A stretch of DNA of 64,000 bases from Octopus sinensis (Eukaryota): contig NC_043001.1 in the NCBI RefSeq assembly GCF_006345805.1, forward strand, positions 95,046,001 to 95,110,000. The letters run 5' to 3'. Positions 1-12,240 of this stretch are shown here, piece after piece; positions within the stretch are counted from its first letter, which is position 1, and each line of letters begins with the position of its first letter. The position numbers and the translations under genes are program-made. The notes under the pieces are model-generated. The model did no database searches. It saw only the letters and a list, made by a program, of their open reading frames with translations, and was not told the DNA's origin.

Positions 1-19
1 ATATTAGATCGCGCTAGCT

Positions 20-185
20 ACACCTTATTTTCTCTCCTTGTTTCTTTCTGTGTTCCTTTCTGTCGAAGGGCGTAGGCTCGAAACGTTAAATACTTTTTTC
101 ATTTCTCCAGCGTTATATTAATACATCTGTTTGTCGTATACACCACCTGTCTTCCTCTTTGTTTTTGTAAGGCATTCTCCCCCCC

Positions 186-188
<3 letters not shown>
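20..188 (+). mobile_element. Short TA-microsatellite-associated repeat (family A) with a degenerate hammerhead-like core
   Basis: 57-90 reads UUU CUGUCGA A GGGC-GUAG-GCUC GAAA CGUU AAA. The downstream sequence aligns by eye with 48135-48258, and the core matches 45689-45722 on the minus strand. It runs into (TA)n at ~189. Confidence 0.6.

Positions 189-251
<63 letters not shown>
189..251. repeat. (TA)n microsatellite, representative of dozens in the window
   Basis: Direct reading. Similar tracts at ~1450-1530, 23030-23120, 36380-36620, 37510-37570, 41805-41855, 53630-53710, 56335-56420, 58670-58870, 63300-63410 and 63940-63995. Confidence 0.98.
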
Positions 252-258
<7 letters not shown>

Positions 259-1074
259 CATATACACACACGCAATTATATCAAATTATAAAGTTTATGC
301 CTTCTTTTACATTCATCTATTCATTTTTTTATATTTTCTTATGCTTGGCTATTCGTTGTTAATTAGAGAAATATGTATAAGAATTGTTTTTTTTTCTCTC
401 CGACATATCACTGACAATATAAGATTTCAAAAGCAATAACATTCCTGACAGCTTTCAAAAACGCAACAACAATGGAACTATTACTAATGAACACACGGTC
501 ACTTCGAGAAGGTCAGTACTAAAGCAAACTTAATAAAGAAAATAACATATACGAAATGAACACAAACATCCCTATTAATATATAATTATACAAACAAACA
601 AAGATGTTGCTGATATTGGTAGCATCATTAGCAGAAACAAAACTGTTGTTGAAAAGATTAACCGACGCTGTAATGAATGTATAGAAAAACGGCTTGTTGA
701 AGATATCGATGAATAAACTAGTGGCAGCAATTTGACGTTTAGAGTTTCATGTAATCATAATATATATTTAATTGGATGTATTTCTTCACCATCTTCTAAG
801 TATGTTAGCTTTGTTAGAGTAATTGAAAGGAGATTTATTGGCCTAGCCTCATAAATAAATGCTGGCGGAATTATTACATGTCTACTCAGCAATAGGACAT
901 TCGATGTAAGGAGGCATGAGGAAAAGAACACCCGTTTACACACAGACGTGCACACACGCAGACACATAAGCACACACACAAACACGGACAAACGATAACA
1001 AATATCGTTTAATAGAATAAATGCGCTTACTTACATAATATAACATATACATGTATATAAATATAAATATATGT

Positions 1075-1111
<37 letters not shown>

Positions 1112-1147
1112 AGTGTGTCTGAGTGTGTGTGTGTGTGTGTGTGTGTA

Positions 1148-1448
1148 GGTGCAATGGCCGAGTGGTTAGGGCAGAGAACTCGCGGATTCGATTCCCAGAC
1201 CGGGCGTTGTGAGTGTTTATTGAACGAAAGCACCCAAAAAGTTCCACGAGGCTCAAACAGGGGGCGGTGGCGATACGTGCTGTACTCTTTCGCCACAACT
1301 TTCTCTCACTCTTTCTTCTGTTGGCCTGTTCGCTTAGCCAGCGGGGTGGCGTCATTTGAAGGCTAAATCAATGCGAAGCGCATTGTGACCAGCGATCCAG
1401 CGATGTGTAACGACATCTGATAGCCTGTTCGAACTCGGTGATCAAGTG

Positions 1449-1452
<4 letters not shown>
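1148..1452 (+). mobile_element. tRNA-derived SINE (family S1)
   Basis: A-box TGGCCGAGTGG and B-box-like GGATTCGATTCC, ~300-bp body, (TG)n upstream and (TA)n downstream. Homologous copy on the minus strand at 48971-49246. Confidence 0.85.
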
Positions 1453-1533
<81 letters not shown>

Positions 1534-1674
1534 TATACATTTATGCACACACGTACATGTATTCAGAGGTGCTTATTGACAAAATATATGTGCGCATAGA
1601 GATATATGTTTATGCGTATGTTTCGACACATATACCTTCATCAGTAATCTAAATATTGTTTCATTTATATTGAG

Positions 1675-1709
<35 letters not shown>

Positions 1710-2720
1710 ATATACATATTTGTAGCCTAATTTATATATTCCCATTTCGTATTGAAAGCACAGTTTGAATTTCAATTGTTTCTTCCTGATTCTTGTAAAA
1801 TATTTTGTGATTCTTCTAAAAACTTTCTTCACGATTCTTGTAAAATTTACTGATTAAAAATATCACTGACTGTTTGGTTCTTAACTCTGAAGTGCATTTG
1901 TTATGCGTTGTATGTTATATCTATGTCTTCAAACATACGAGCTACCGGAAATGCTGATATAGTATGTATCAAATGCTTTTAGCTATTTTATTATTTATTT
2001 TTCGTCTGAATTTTTACAGAGCATTTGGTGTATTAAAGTATAGTGGTGATGAATTTGTTTATATTCTCTGGTTGTTTTTATTTATCAAGCACCCATTGTG
2101 CAGATGAAGTGCTGTGTAGTGTTGTCTGGGATACTATATTACTAAACGCATACTCGTTATGTAGTAGCTTCGGCTTTTTGGACCGAGTTTGTTGTTCTGC
2201 CAATAAATATATATATATATTTTAATTCATATTGTTCGAAACTACTCATCTGAAAATGAGGACAATTCGTAACTTGCACTTCATTTATAAACACTCCCAC
2301 GAACGCTAACATTATATACACATCACGTATATCTTAGATCCTTTTTGGGATTGTCTAGTGTAGCATATAGCCGATGGTTCAGCAGTTAACATTGTCATTC
2401 ACATGAAGCATATGATATCCTGCATAGTATAGTGAATATACTTTCATTTTTCCTTGCATTGAAATTATCATTGTTGTTACTTTTCCTTAAACAGTTTACA
2501 TCCAGTTCATTTCAGTTTTGATATATTTCTATAATATGGGTCTTTTCAAGGAAGTGAGGTGTATATCAAGTATATATATTTTCATTTTACTACTTCATTT
2601 TTATTGCAGCACAGTTACCTTTGAGCTTTTTGTGGGGAATATATATATATATATATACAGAGCGAGAGGGAGAGAGGGGTAGAAAAGTAACACACGATTT
2701 GATATGTATAAAGAAAATAT

Positions 2721-2915
2721 GACAAGGTAGAACAGAGCAAAATAATTTTAGCAGAAAATACATTTTAGTACCGGTTTCTGACATTTTAGACATTTTCATC
2801 TATGGAAACAAATATTAAATTGGAGATAAAAAGGAAGTGAAATGTTCTGTAGATATTTTCATAGTCTTTGAATAATTAAATATTTCCATAGTGTTCAGGC
2901 AGTCTGTCTCTCTCA
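2721..2915 (+). mobile_element. Partial (left-arm) copy of the foldback MITE family seen at 58249-58659
   Basis: GACAAGGTAGAAC...AAATAATTTTAGCAGAAAATACATTTTAGTACCGGTTTC resembles the 58249-58307 terminal repeat. Confidence 0.55.
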
Positions 2916-3027
2916 CTATTATTTGCGAATGCCTGGTTGGTACACACGCAGTTAGTAGTAAATTTGAAGGAATTTTTGGGGTACAAACAATTGATGGTCT
3001 ACGCAGGAGCAGCCGAGAGAGAAGTGG

Positions 3028-3059
3028 GAGAAGAAGAAGAGGAAGAAGAAGAAGAGGAA

Positions 3060-3094
<35 letters not shown>

Positions 3095-3260
3095 AGAAGA
3101 AGAAGAAGAAGAAGAAGAAGAAGAAGAAGAAGAAGAAGAAGAGAAGAAGAAGAAGAAGAAGAAGAAGAAGAGAAGAAGAGAAGAAGAGAAGAAGAAGAAG
3201 AAGAAGAAGAAGAAGAAGAAGAAGAAGAAGAAGAAGAAGAAGAAGAAGAAGAAGAAGAGG
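3028..3260 (+). repeat. Long (GAA)n purine tract
   Basis: About 230 bp of GAA with a few GAG interruptions; the source of the poly-E/K/R ORFs. Confidence 0.97.
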
Positions 3261-3399
3261 ACGAGGAATGAGAAGCAAAATAAGAAGGAGAAGAAGGGGG
3301 ATGAGTTGAAGGACGAGATGAAGAAGGAATAGAAGCAGGAGTAGGGAAAGAAGAGGGAGAAATAGAAAGAAAAGAAAGGAAAAATACAGTTCATTGGCG

Positions 3400-3770
3400 T
3401 AATTGTCTAGCCAGAATTTGATTGCCTCTTTTTATAGCCTGTGAGGAATATTAAAATAAAAGTTGACTACATCGAAGGATACTAGTAGAGTGCTTCTATT
3501 TATTTCTTCAGGAAGGTGATTGAGCATATCTAGGTCGTCCCATTTGTTATGCTTGAGAAATGGCTTTAAGAGGGTGTCTAAAATGTTACTGAGGCGGTGA
3601 ATTTCGCATACGGGTCCTACTCTTATGAGGTCATTAGGGGTAACTTGATTGATATGCCTGAGGCTCTTCTGAAAGCGTTATTTATTTTTTTCGCTTTTGT
3701 GTAGCTTAGGAATATCGTACCATTCACTGGATTTTCTATTGAATTTAGTCATATAGTTGTATCGTTTGTG
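3400..3770 (-). pseudogene. Degraded Penelope-like element reverse-transcriptase fragment
   Basis: Frameshifted minus-strand translation gives WYDIPKLHKSEKI, VGPVCEIHRLSNILD, DDLDMLNHLPEEINRSTLLVSFDVVNFYFNIPH and IKEAIKFWLD, typical of the N-terminal half of a PLE RT. Confidence 0.7.
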
Positions 3771-4146
3771 GAAGCGCAATGGCCCTGTGGTTACGGCAGC
3801 GGACCCGCGGTCGTAGGATCCCAGTTTCGATTCCTAGACTGGGCGTTATGAGTGTTTATTGAACGAAAACACCTACACATCCAAGGGGCTCTGGCAGGGG
3901 ATGGGAGTAAACCCTTCTGCGTTCTTTCACAACAACTTTCTCTCTTTATTCCTGTTGCTGTTGTACCTGTATTTCAAAGAGCCAGCCTTGTCACACTCTG
4001 TGTCACGCTGAATCTCCTTGAGAACTACGTTAAGGGTACACGTGTTTGTGGCGTGCTCAGCCACTTGTACGTGAATTTCCCTTGCAAGCTGTTCCGTTGA
4101 TCGGATCAACTGGAACCCACGTCGTTGTAACTGACGGAGTGCCAGA
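3771..4146 (+). mobile_element. tRNA-derived SINE (family S2; same head as S1, different body)
   Basis: Head GCGCAATGGCCCTGTGGTT...TTTCGATTCC; 3' end GTAACTGACGGAGTGCCA. Homologous copy on the minus strand at 35230-35606. Confidence 0.85.
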
Positions 4147-5280
4147 AGATAATCGTATTATTTGATGAATTGTTCACAATCGGTTTTCAGGTTTCTTGTA
4201 TTATCTTGTAGATTTGGCGTCCAAATAATCCATCACAGTGAACGTAACTGGATTTGGAATCGACTTAGCCACTGGGATTAAAGTGGTAAATCGTGTTATC
4301 TAAATGTCTATGTGTTTTTCATTAACGGTGTAGAAATTTGCGATCATATAATGGAACATTTGCAGCTTGAATCGGATTTTAATTTTGCATTTTCAGTGAA
4401 ACATTTTGCACTCTCACTGGTTTCCAATTTCCCTTGTTACTTTTTAATGTGTTTCGTGACATATTGGCCTTCAGGTGATTAAGTCTGTTTTAGAATTATT
4501 TTAATGTTGCTTTTCAGTGCAGTTTGTTTCTATTTTCTTTATATTTAGTGTAATTATATTCTAGTTAATTTATCGTCTCATTCTAAGTAGTGAGATGATT
4601 ATTTTTGTCTCCTTCTTACACTAATCAGATTCCATGTGATTGCTTTACAGTATTTTTCTAATCTTACATTTGTAATTATGTATTATATTCTACTTGTAGC
4701 AAGCACCGTCATTGTTATGAGATGTCGGTAAATTTTATTCACACTAGGTACAGGCCATTGGTTTTGGGGCCTTTATAGTTGCTTTCTTACTTTTCCGTAT
4801 AAGCTTTGTAATCTACATTAATTCCAGGCCCCACAATTTCTAAAGCTATACTTTGCTATGGGGATGACATATTTACGACCAGGGCTTGTATATTTGTATT
4901 TTCTCTCATACTCTTTACATATCCTCTTTCATATTTTCATATTGTATTTACTTTATTCATTGACAAAACTTTTCCTTTTATTATAGTGACAGGAAAAGTT
5001 TCGAATATTCCTCATTGGCTTCTTTCATGTACTCCATATAGGTTTTGGTAAGATTTCCTGGTGTAGCAATAATGTTTGGAGTAAATTAAGTGACATATAT
5101 CTTCTGTAGTAATTGAGTCGTGGATTATGCCCAGAGTATCAATAATTTGACTTCCACAATATAAACATAGGTGTCGGTTTGCTACTTTTTTCTTGAATTT
5201 TTACTTTCTCATTTCAAAAGCACAAACGCCAGTTTGCATGTCATAATTTTTTAGTAAGATACATTCCATCTGTGTTCAGT

Positions 5281-6095
5281 CCTGCATACGGTTTGACGAT
5301 TTGGCACTAATATGACCTGTGTCTGAACATGTCAAAGTGCTGTCATCTGCCTGTTGGCTCTTCTCCTGCAACTCAACTTGATTTCGGCCGGGTCGTCTGC
5401 TGCTGGAGAGGACCGACCAGGTAAAGGACCTGGGTTTCTTGGTGGATTCTTTCTTTTCGCCTGCGTTCATGCTGCCAAGAAAGCACGCGGAGTTCTGTTT
5501 TTGATTCGACGATCATTCGGAATGCTCACAGCAGCCATATTCCTACCGCTCTATGTCACGCTGGTGAGACCCATATTGGATTACGGGATTCAAGCCTCTT
5601 CTCCTTATCTCCTCAAAGACATACATCATCTCGAAAGAGTCCAGAAGCTGGCAACCCGCATGGTTCTTGGTCTCAAGCATTTGTCTTATGAAGACAGGCT
5701 GAAGACGTTCGACCTTTATTCTCTAGAATAACGACGACGCCGTGGTGATCTCATTCTTGCTCACAACATTATAAGCGGAAAGTGTAACCTCTCGAAAGAG
5801 CCGTTCTTCACTCCTGCTCTAGAGCATCGGCTGCGAGGTCACTACGAAAAGCTCTATCTGCGACGATTTCATCTCAATCGAAGGAGAGGAGCTTTCTCCA
5901 TCCGGGTTGCAGATCCGTGGAATAAGCTGCCGGACGAGATAGTGAAGATGCCGACGACCGCTCGGTTCAAAGTCTCTCTTGACCAGAAATGGACTGAACT
6001 CATTGCATGAACACCCTCCCTGTACATAATTCCATGTTCCCCTACATGGCCTTGCTTTTTGCTTTTTGAGCCAAAAAATTAACTTAACTTAACTA
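5281..6095 (+). mobile_element. 5'-truncated CR1-clade LINE (RT C-terminal region, 3' UTR, short AACTT-repeat tail)
   Basis: YVTLVRPILDYGIQASSPYLLKDIHHLERVQKLATRMVLGLKHLSYEDRLKTFDLYSLE, then after one stop RRRRGDLI...LRGH...AFSIRVADPWNKLP. Ends TTAACTTAACTTAACT. Confidence 0.9.
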
Positions 6096-7574
6096 ATGTG
6101 GATTATAACAGTCTTCATCAATACTAATATGGGCAGGTTTTCTATGGACTATTCATATTTTTAGTGTCATGCCTGTTAGCGTGTAGAGTCAAAAGATATT
6201 CAACATGATAAATGATAAATAAATTTCTCTTGGTTGCCATCTCCTGTGTAATCTATATTACCGTCTATGTTAAGTCTTCCTGACTGCTAAAACTATACTT
6301 TATATACAGAGGATACGTGCTTTGTTGTCGTTATCATTTTAACATACGGCAATTTATATAATTAAGATAATTTACTTTAAAAGCACTAATTTACTTTAAA
6401 TTTCAGTTTACATCATAGTGCTATTTGCTATAAAATATATGTAGGTGCTCACAATTCTTCTCCCAAAAACATTACTTTTGTTTGATTTTTACGTAAACCT
6501 AAGCGCTTCTATAACATACTAGCCAATATAAATTGGTTATTATTATATATTGCGAGGATATGTATAGCATTATATAACATCATAGAATAAGACTCTGTGA
6601 CAATACCAATACGAATATCAAAACGGTTTTTATCAGTTAAAGATTAACGGTCTCCAAACATTTCAACACAAACCGCACAACAGAATCTATATTCAATATA
6701 TATATATTCTATAAACCTTACACTTTTATTCCCAAACATACTTGGATGAATCCGAATAGTAATATCAGCATTTATCACTGATTTTATACACTAAACGCAA
6801 ACAACGTAAAAAGGAGTTACTTCCCTGGATAAAGTGTAGAGAATGCAACTTGTCCAAGCATAGTAATATCCTATGGATTACTGCATCATTTCCCAACATT
6901 CGCTATAAACGCTCAACAACATTTTTTGGTTCCTTTCTTCCAGGCTTCTTTCTTTTTTTATTCTTCCTATACGAATAATTCACCACACTCTTCTCCTTTC
7001 ATCTCATGCTATTTCGATATTTCAACATCAATTTCGGATCCTCTTTGCCCCACAGAAGAGATAGACAAACGATAAATTTAAAGCTTAGGACACTACTGTT
7101 ACAAATGATAGTACAACAAAAATTGCGGGAATCTAAATTTTCCCAATTCATATAAATAAACTATGTCAACCACACCAAGACTCCCTGCTGTCAAGGTGTG
7201 GAGATACTCAGTAGTATCAACAGCCATCCAGTATCGACAAAGATCGACTGTTCTCAGAAACCGTAATAAAAAACATTCCATCTACCGAATGGAGGTTTAC
7301 AAAAAAGCGTTCTAATATTGATTCCTCATACTTTGTTGGAAGTTTACAGGCGTAAATTTGCGAAGATATAAAAGTAGTACTTGTTAAAAATGTATGATGA
7401 ATTTATGGAAACTATCCTCTACAAGAATTAAACTTCTTAAAAAATTGAACAGCTTGTTTCCTGCATTCTTAAGAAATTTGATGAGAATTTTGGAACTTCA
7501 TTGCATAAATTCCTCTTGCATTATATACATTTATATTTCTCTGTGTGTTCCGTTCTTTCTGTGTTTGTTCCCCG

Positions 7575-7730
7575 ACATTGTTTGACAACTGATGATGATG
7601 TATTTACGTCACTATAACTTAGCGGTGGAGTAATACATTCCGATAGAATGAATTCTAGGCTTACGAAGAATAAGTCCTAGAGTCGATTTCTTCGACTAAC
7701 ACCCTTGAAGGCAGTGCTGCAGCAAGTAAA
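7575..7730 (+). mobile_element. Short interspersed repeat (family S3) fragment
   Basis: AACTTAGCGG...AATAAGTCCTAGAGTCGATTT motif shared with 54825-55015 (+) and 33760-33950 (-). Confidence 0.6.
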
Positions 7731-7829
7731 TCAATAAAATGATTAAAAAAACAACTGTTAATAAAGAAAATATACATAAATTGGTGAGGAGGTCTAATAT
7801 CAGTTCCTATTAATGTATTTCATCTGCCG

Positions 7830-7950
7830 CTAAGGTCTGAGTTAAAATTCCACTGAGGCCGACATTGCATTTCTTCCTTTCGAGGTCGACAAATTAAATA
7901 CCAGTGGAATACTGATTTCGATGTAATCGACTATTTCAAACCCTTTTGCC
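7830..7950 (+). mobile_element. Abundant SINE-like repeat (family S4) fragment
   Basis: TGAGTTAAAATTCCACTGAGGCCGAC...CCTTTCGAGGTCGAC...GATGTAATCGACT matches the S4 body. Confidence 0.6.
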
Positions 7951-8350
7951 TTTAATAGAAAGGATTATTTGTTATTTAAATTCAATACCAAACATCTTGG
8001 AAATACGCTAATATTTGAGACACGTACGTGCAAATTATCCTGCTCCAAATTAGAAGCATAATTACTTCGTTAGGGAGAGATATTAGCAACGTTTAATAAA
8101 GAGCTACGTGTCAAAAGTTTTATTTTAAAAATGGGTAGGACAATAAAGCTTAACACTTATTTGTATGCACTGAAATTGCATTATATAAGATGGTCTGTTT
8201 ACTTGCATTACCTTGGAAATATTCCCAGGAACTTTATAAATGAGTTTATATTTTCAATCCAGAGAAAAATTACCTAGTAATGACTTGTTACATATCTAAA
8301 TATATAACATTATGCAAAACACACGCTGCCATGACATACACACGCACACA

Positions 8351-8393
<43 letters not shown>

Positions 8394-10989
8394 TGTACCA
8401 TGGACACACACACACAGGCGCGCTTATATGCCATCTCTTGTAAACTAAAACCTTTCACACATTTAAATAATGTTGGCATTACCCGGCATTCATCAAGGTA
8501 AATTGCTCAGCTGGAACACACGAGTGGCTGTGCTAGTCTCAAAATTTATCACACTAGCAAGAATATGTTTAGCATTTCATATTTGGTAACAGTTAGTTCG
8601 AGAAAAGAAGAAACTCACATTAGCGATAGAAAATGTACAAATACGTTATTCATTTAGGAATTCGATTATTTCACTCATGTTTATAAATATATAACGGCAG
8701 AGTTATTATGTAGCGGGTTGAGCATATGTTAACTTACATCTGCAGAATGCGGACGGACACTTTTACAATAAGATTGACTCCAATTCTTAATATATCTTAG
8801 AGAGAAAAATTGTGTTGATATGCTAATTCTGGAGAGCTGTTCAATCAAATGATCCAACTACATATCATACAACTGGGAAATTATTGCGCTTCGAAATTTT
8901 ACGTTATTGCTACTCAGTTTATCTGACAGCGTACAAGTTTCTTTAGTATATTTGAAAAAGTTATGTCAAAGTAGTAATATTTTTTGCACACAATTCATAA
9001 TTTTTTTCAGCAGCGTCTGTTTGTCTTCATTTAACGTAGCTTTATCTTATTGACATATTAACTTTTACAACACGATATTCAAAATAAAAAAAAGACAAAT
9101 TCAAATTACTCTTCTTATGGATTCTACGTTGTATTTTTCTTCTTCCTGTTCATTTACTCACTCTTATATCATTTGCTTCACCAGCATCTCAAAACGTTTT
9201 TCGACTTTTCCTGCTCTTATATATTTTTTTCTTTTTTTTTTGCGGTGGGGTACATTAGTTCGTATCCTCGAATTCCCGTGCTGTGTGGTGGAAATAAACG
9301 CAATTACCAAACTTTCAATTCATTATTTTTTCGTGTTTTTTTTTTTGCATTTCAATTAGCACATTTGTACTCCCGACTGCGTACAAGCGCGTATGTAAAA
9401 GGACGTCCATTATTATTTAACTATTATGTGCTGATATCAAAAGAAGTAGTATATTGAAAAACAATTTCTAGGGGGCCATTTCTGACTCAAAGCGTCAAAA
9501 GGGAGCCTTTGGCCAAAATGGGTTGAGAAACTTTAGTGTATGTTACATTTAATTTATATATACATATATGTATAAATATATTTTTACTTGATAGCATCTT
9601 TGGATGCTATCATACTGAGGCACGAAAAATTGCCTCTATCGAAAAATCGCCTCCTGTACTTGTTCATTTTAAGTTGCGCGGAATTAAACAAATCTCTATG
9701 CCCGCGCGTGTATATAAACATATACCTATGTAGGGAAAGGAGTAGACAGGACTATAGGTAGAAAGTTTGGTGTATATGGAAGAAAGTGGGTAAGTAGTTA
9801 GGTAGGTAAAGAGGTATATTTGTCTTGTATATCATTGCATGCATTTAATATCTTCTATTTTTGTTTCATAAATTTGAAACTTGAATGAAGATCTTCGGAA
9901 CAGCATTATAAAATGTGCCGAGTTTGTTCGATCTCGCCAAGAGAATGAATACATAGTGAATACGTTGTGTTAGCTTGTCGTCCTGCAATAATTCACAGAT
10001 AATTGTAGCTAACACAAACCTGGAAGTTTTTCCAGCATATCATTTTGCCACCCGTTAAGTGATGTTGATGACATCTACATACTAATTAAATTTTGTTATA
10101 GATTTATTAATTGCTAGGAAGAATATAGTACATCCTTTTGCAGCCGTAATATATATATATAAAAAGTAGATTAATGATTTGCAAGTCAATATTGTGCCTT
10201 ATTTTCTGTGTTAGCTGTGCGATGATCGCATTTTTAAGCTTCTCGAAAATTCAGTGACAGCATTCAGAATTGTGTAGAAAATGTGTAAAGATAAACTTTC
10301 AAAAGGCAGCATCGCAGTGTTAACACAAAAGTAAGTAACAAATACGTAAACATTTCATATACTTGGCAGTATATTATATTTATAGAATTACATACCATGT
10401 ACTTGCTGGTAATTAATATTAAAATATCGCATGGCATAAATCTGTTTACAGTGTTAATTGGTTTTCTAGTAGTGCTACAATTTGTAGGTTTCATACAATA
10501 TGATCGTGGATAGTTAATGGGTTGGATGTGGGTCTATTAAAAGCGCCATATATCCATTACCTAATTATGTGTATTTTCGATGGTATTGTTTACATAAATG
10601 TATTCTAATACAAATTATCGTAACTTTCAGTGCAACTCCGACTTCCGCAGAAAATCTGTACAGATAAACAGAGCATTTAGTTCATTTAAAAGTAGTCTCA
10701 CATATTTATGATCCGTATAATTACAAGTGAATACAGTTTACCCTAAATAAACGTCACATTACCAATCAATTCATATATGTAAACGAAGAAAGTAGAAATA
10801 TACTATATGAAAGATAAGTATACGGGAAAAACAATGACATTTATACGAGTAGTGTTCAAAATCATTACTCAAATGATATGAAATAGTTATGTAAAATGAT
10901 TTCATTAGACAATCCTCTATATATGGTGTTGTAGATTTTAGAAATACTAATATTTTGCCACTATGCACGCATGGACAAAACGCCCACAC

Positions 10990-11120
<131 letters not shown>

Positions 11121-12240
11121 GGGATTAAAACTGGTTGGTATGATAGAAGGCATGAGCTCTCCACAGCCATCAGACTAAAATGACACTTGCTTACTTGCCA
11201 TGCTTCAAAAACCCTGCGAAGAAGTCTTGCAGTTCCAAGGAAAGCTGATTTTTGTAGGTGTTATACCGTCACACACGCACCGAACGTGTTCAGATATGTT
11301 GGTAGTTGAGTGCTGATATTTCCAAGTGCAACAATTACTATTCGTATCACGGCTACTCTCTCCATTGACCACAAACTTCGTATTTCCCACTTCAAATCGT
11401 CATAGTTGTTATTATCTTCTTTCGTTTTGCTGCTATTCTCTCCGAGGTATGCTATGTCGATTAGCATACATTTTCTTTCTTTTTTATTCACCACAACAAT
11501 CTCCTGTTTCCGAAGTCTGGTCAGGTGATCGCACTGGATTATTGCATCCCACAGGATTTTGCAATTCTCATTTTCGGTGATTCCTTCTGGAGTTTTCTCA
11601 TACCACGTGTCTCTTCTGTGTAAGCCCTCATTTCCACAGAGCTTCCAACAGATCCTTCTTACAACATTGTCATGACATCGTTTGCATTCGCATTGTGCCA
11701 ATTTCGGGCATTCGCTAACGATGTGCCACACCGTTTTGCCCCTCTCACCACACATTCTGCATTAGTCGCTATTAGTAGTGTTGTCTATTCTGCACTTCAT
11801 ATAATTGCTCCTTAACGCTTGTTCCTGAGCTGCTTATATGAGTGCTTTTATCTCTATCTTCACATAAATCCTTCTTATCTATAGCCACTGATCCTCAGCA
11901 TCTGTTTTGACGTACACATCTCTTGCAAACTGGCCGTACATTTTTCTTTTCCTTCCATGTATTTTCTTTATTCTTTTGGTCATTTAATTAAAAAAATTTG
12001 TTCTTTACTTACACAACTTTCAGTTAGGATGACGCCGGCCTTCTTCGTGTGTTTGTGACTCTACGCCATTTTTTATAAACCACCCCAGGCTGTTTTCTTC
12101 TGCTTCGATACAGTCCTGGCAACTGATCAAACCTCTCCCACCCATTCCTCTGGACAAGTACAGCACATCGGTATCACTTTTATTGCGGACGATTCGGTGT
12201 ACTGTCAACATTTTTCTCAACTTGATATCCATTTTCTTTA
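11121..12240 (-). mobile_element. 5'-truncated, degenerate R4/Dong-clade non-LTR retrotransposon
   Basis: ORF 12020-12232 (KSDTDVLYLSRGMGGRGLISCQDC, post-RT region) and ORF 11261-11755 (CGERGKTVWHIVSECPKLA zinc knuckle, HDNVV, ILWD, MLIDIA RLE motifs). The 3' end runs directly into (AAT)n. Confidence 0.88.

Noticed and set aside
520-991. Hydrophobic minus-strand frames resembling a transmembrane segment
   Set aside because: Interrupted by stops, explainable by T-rich composition, with no family motif.
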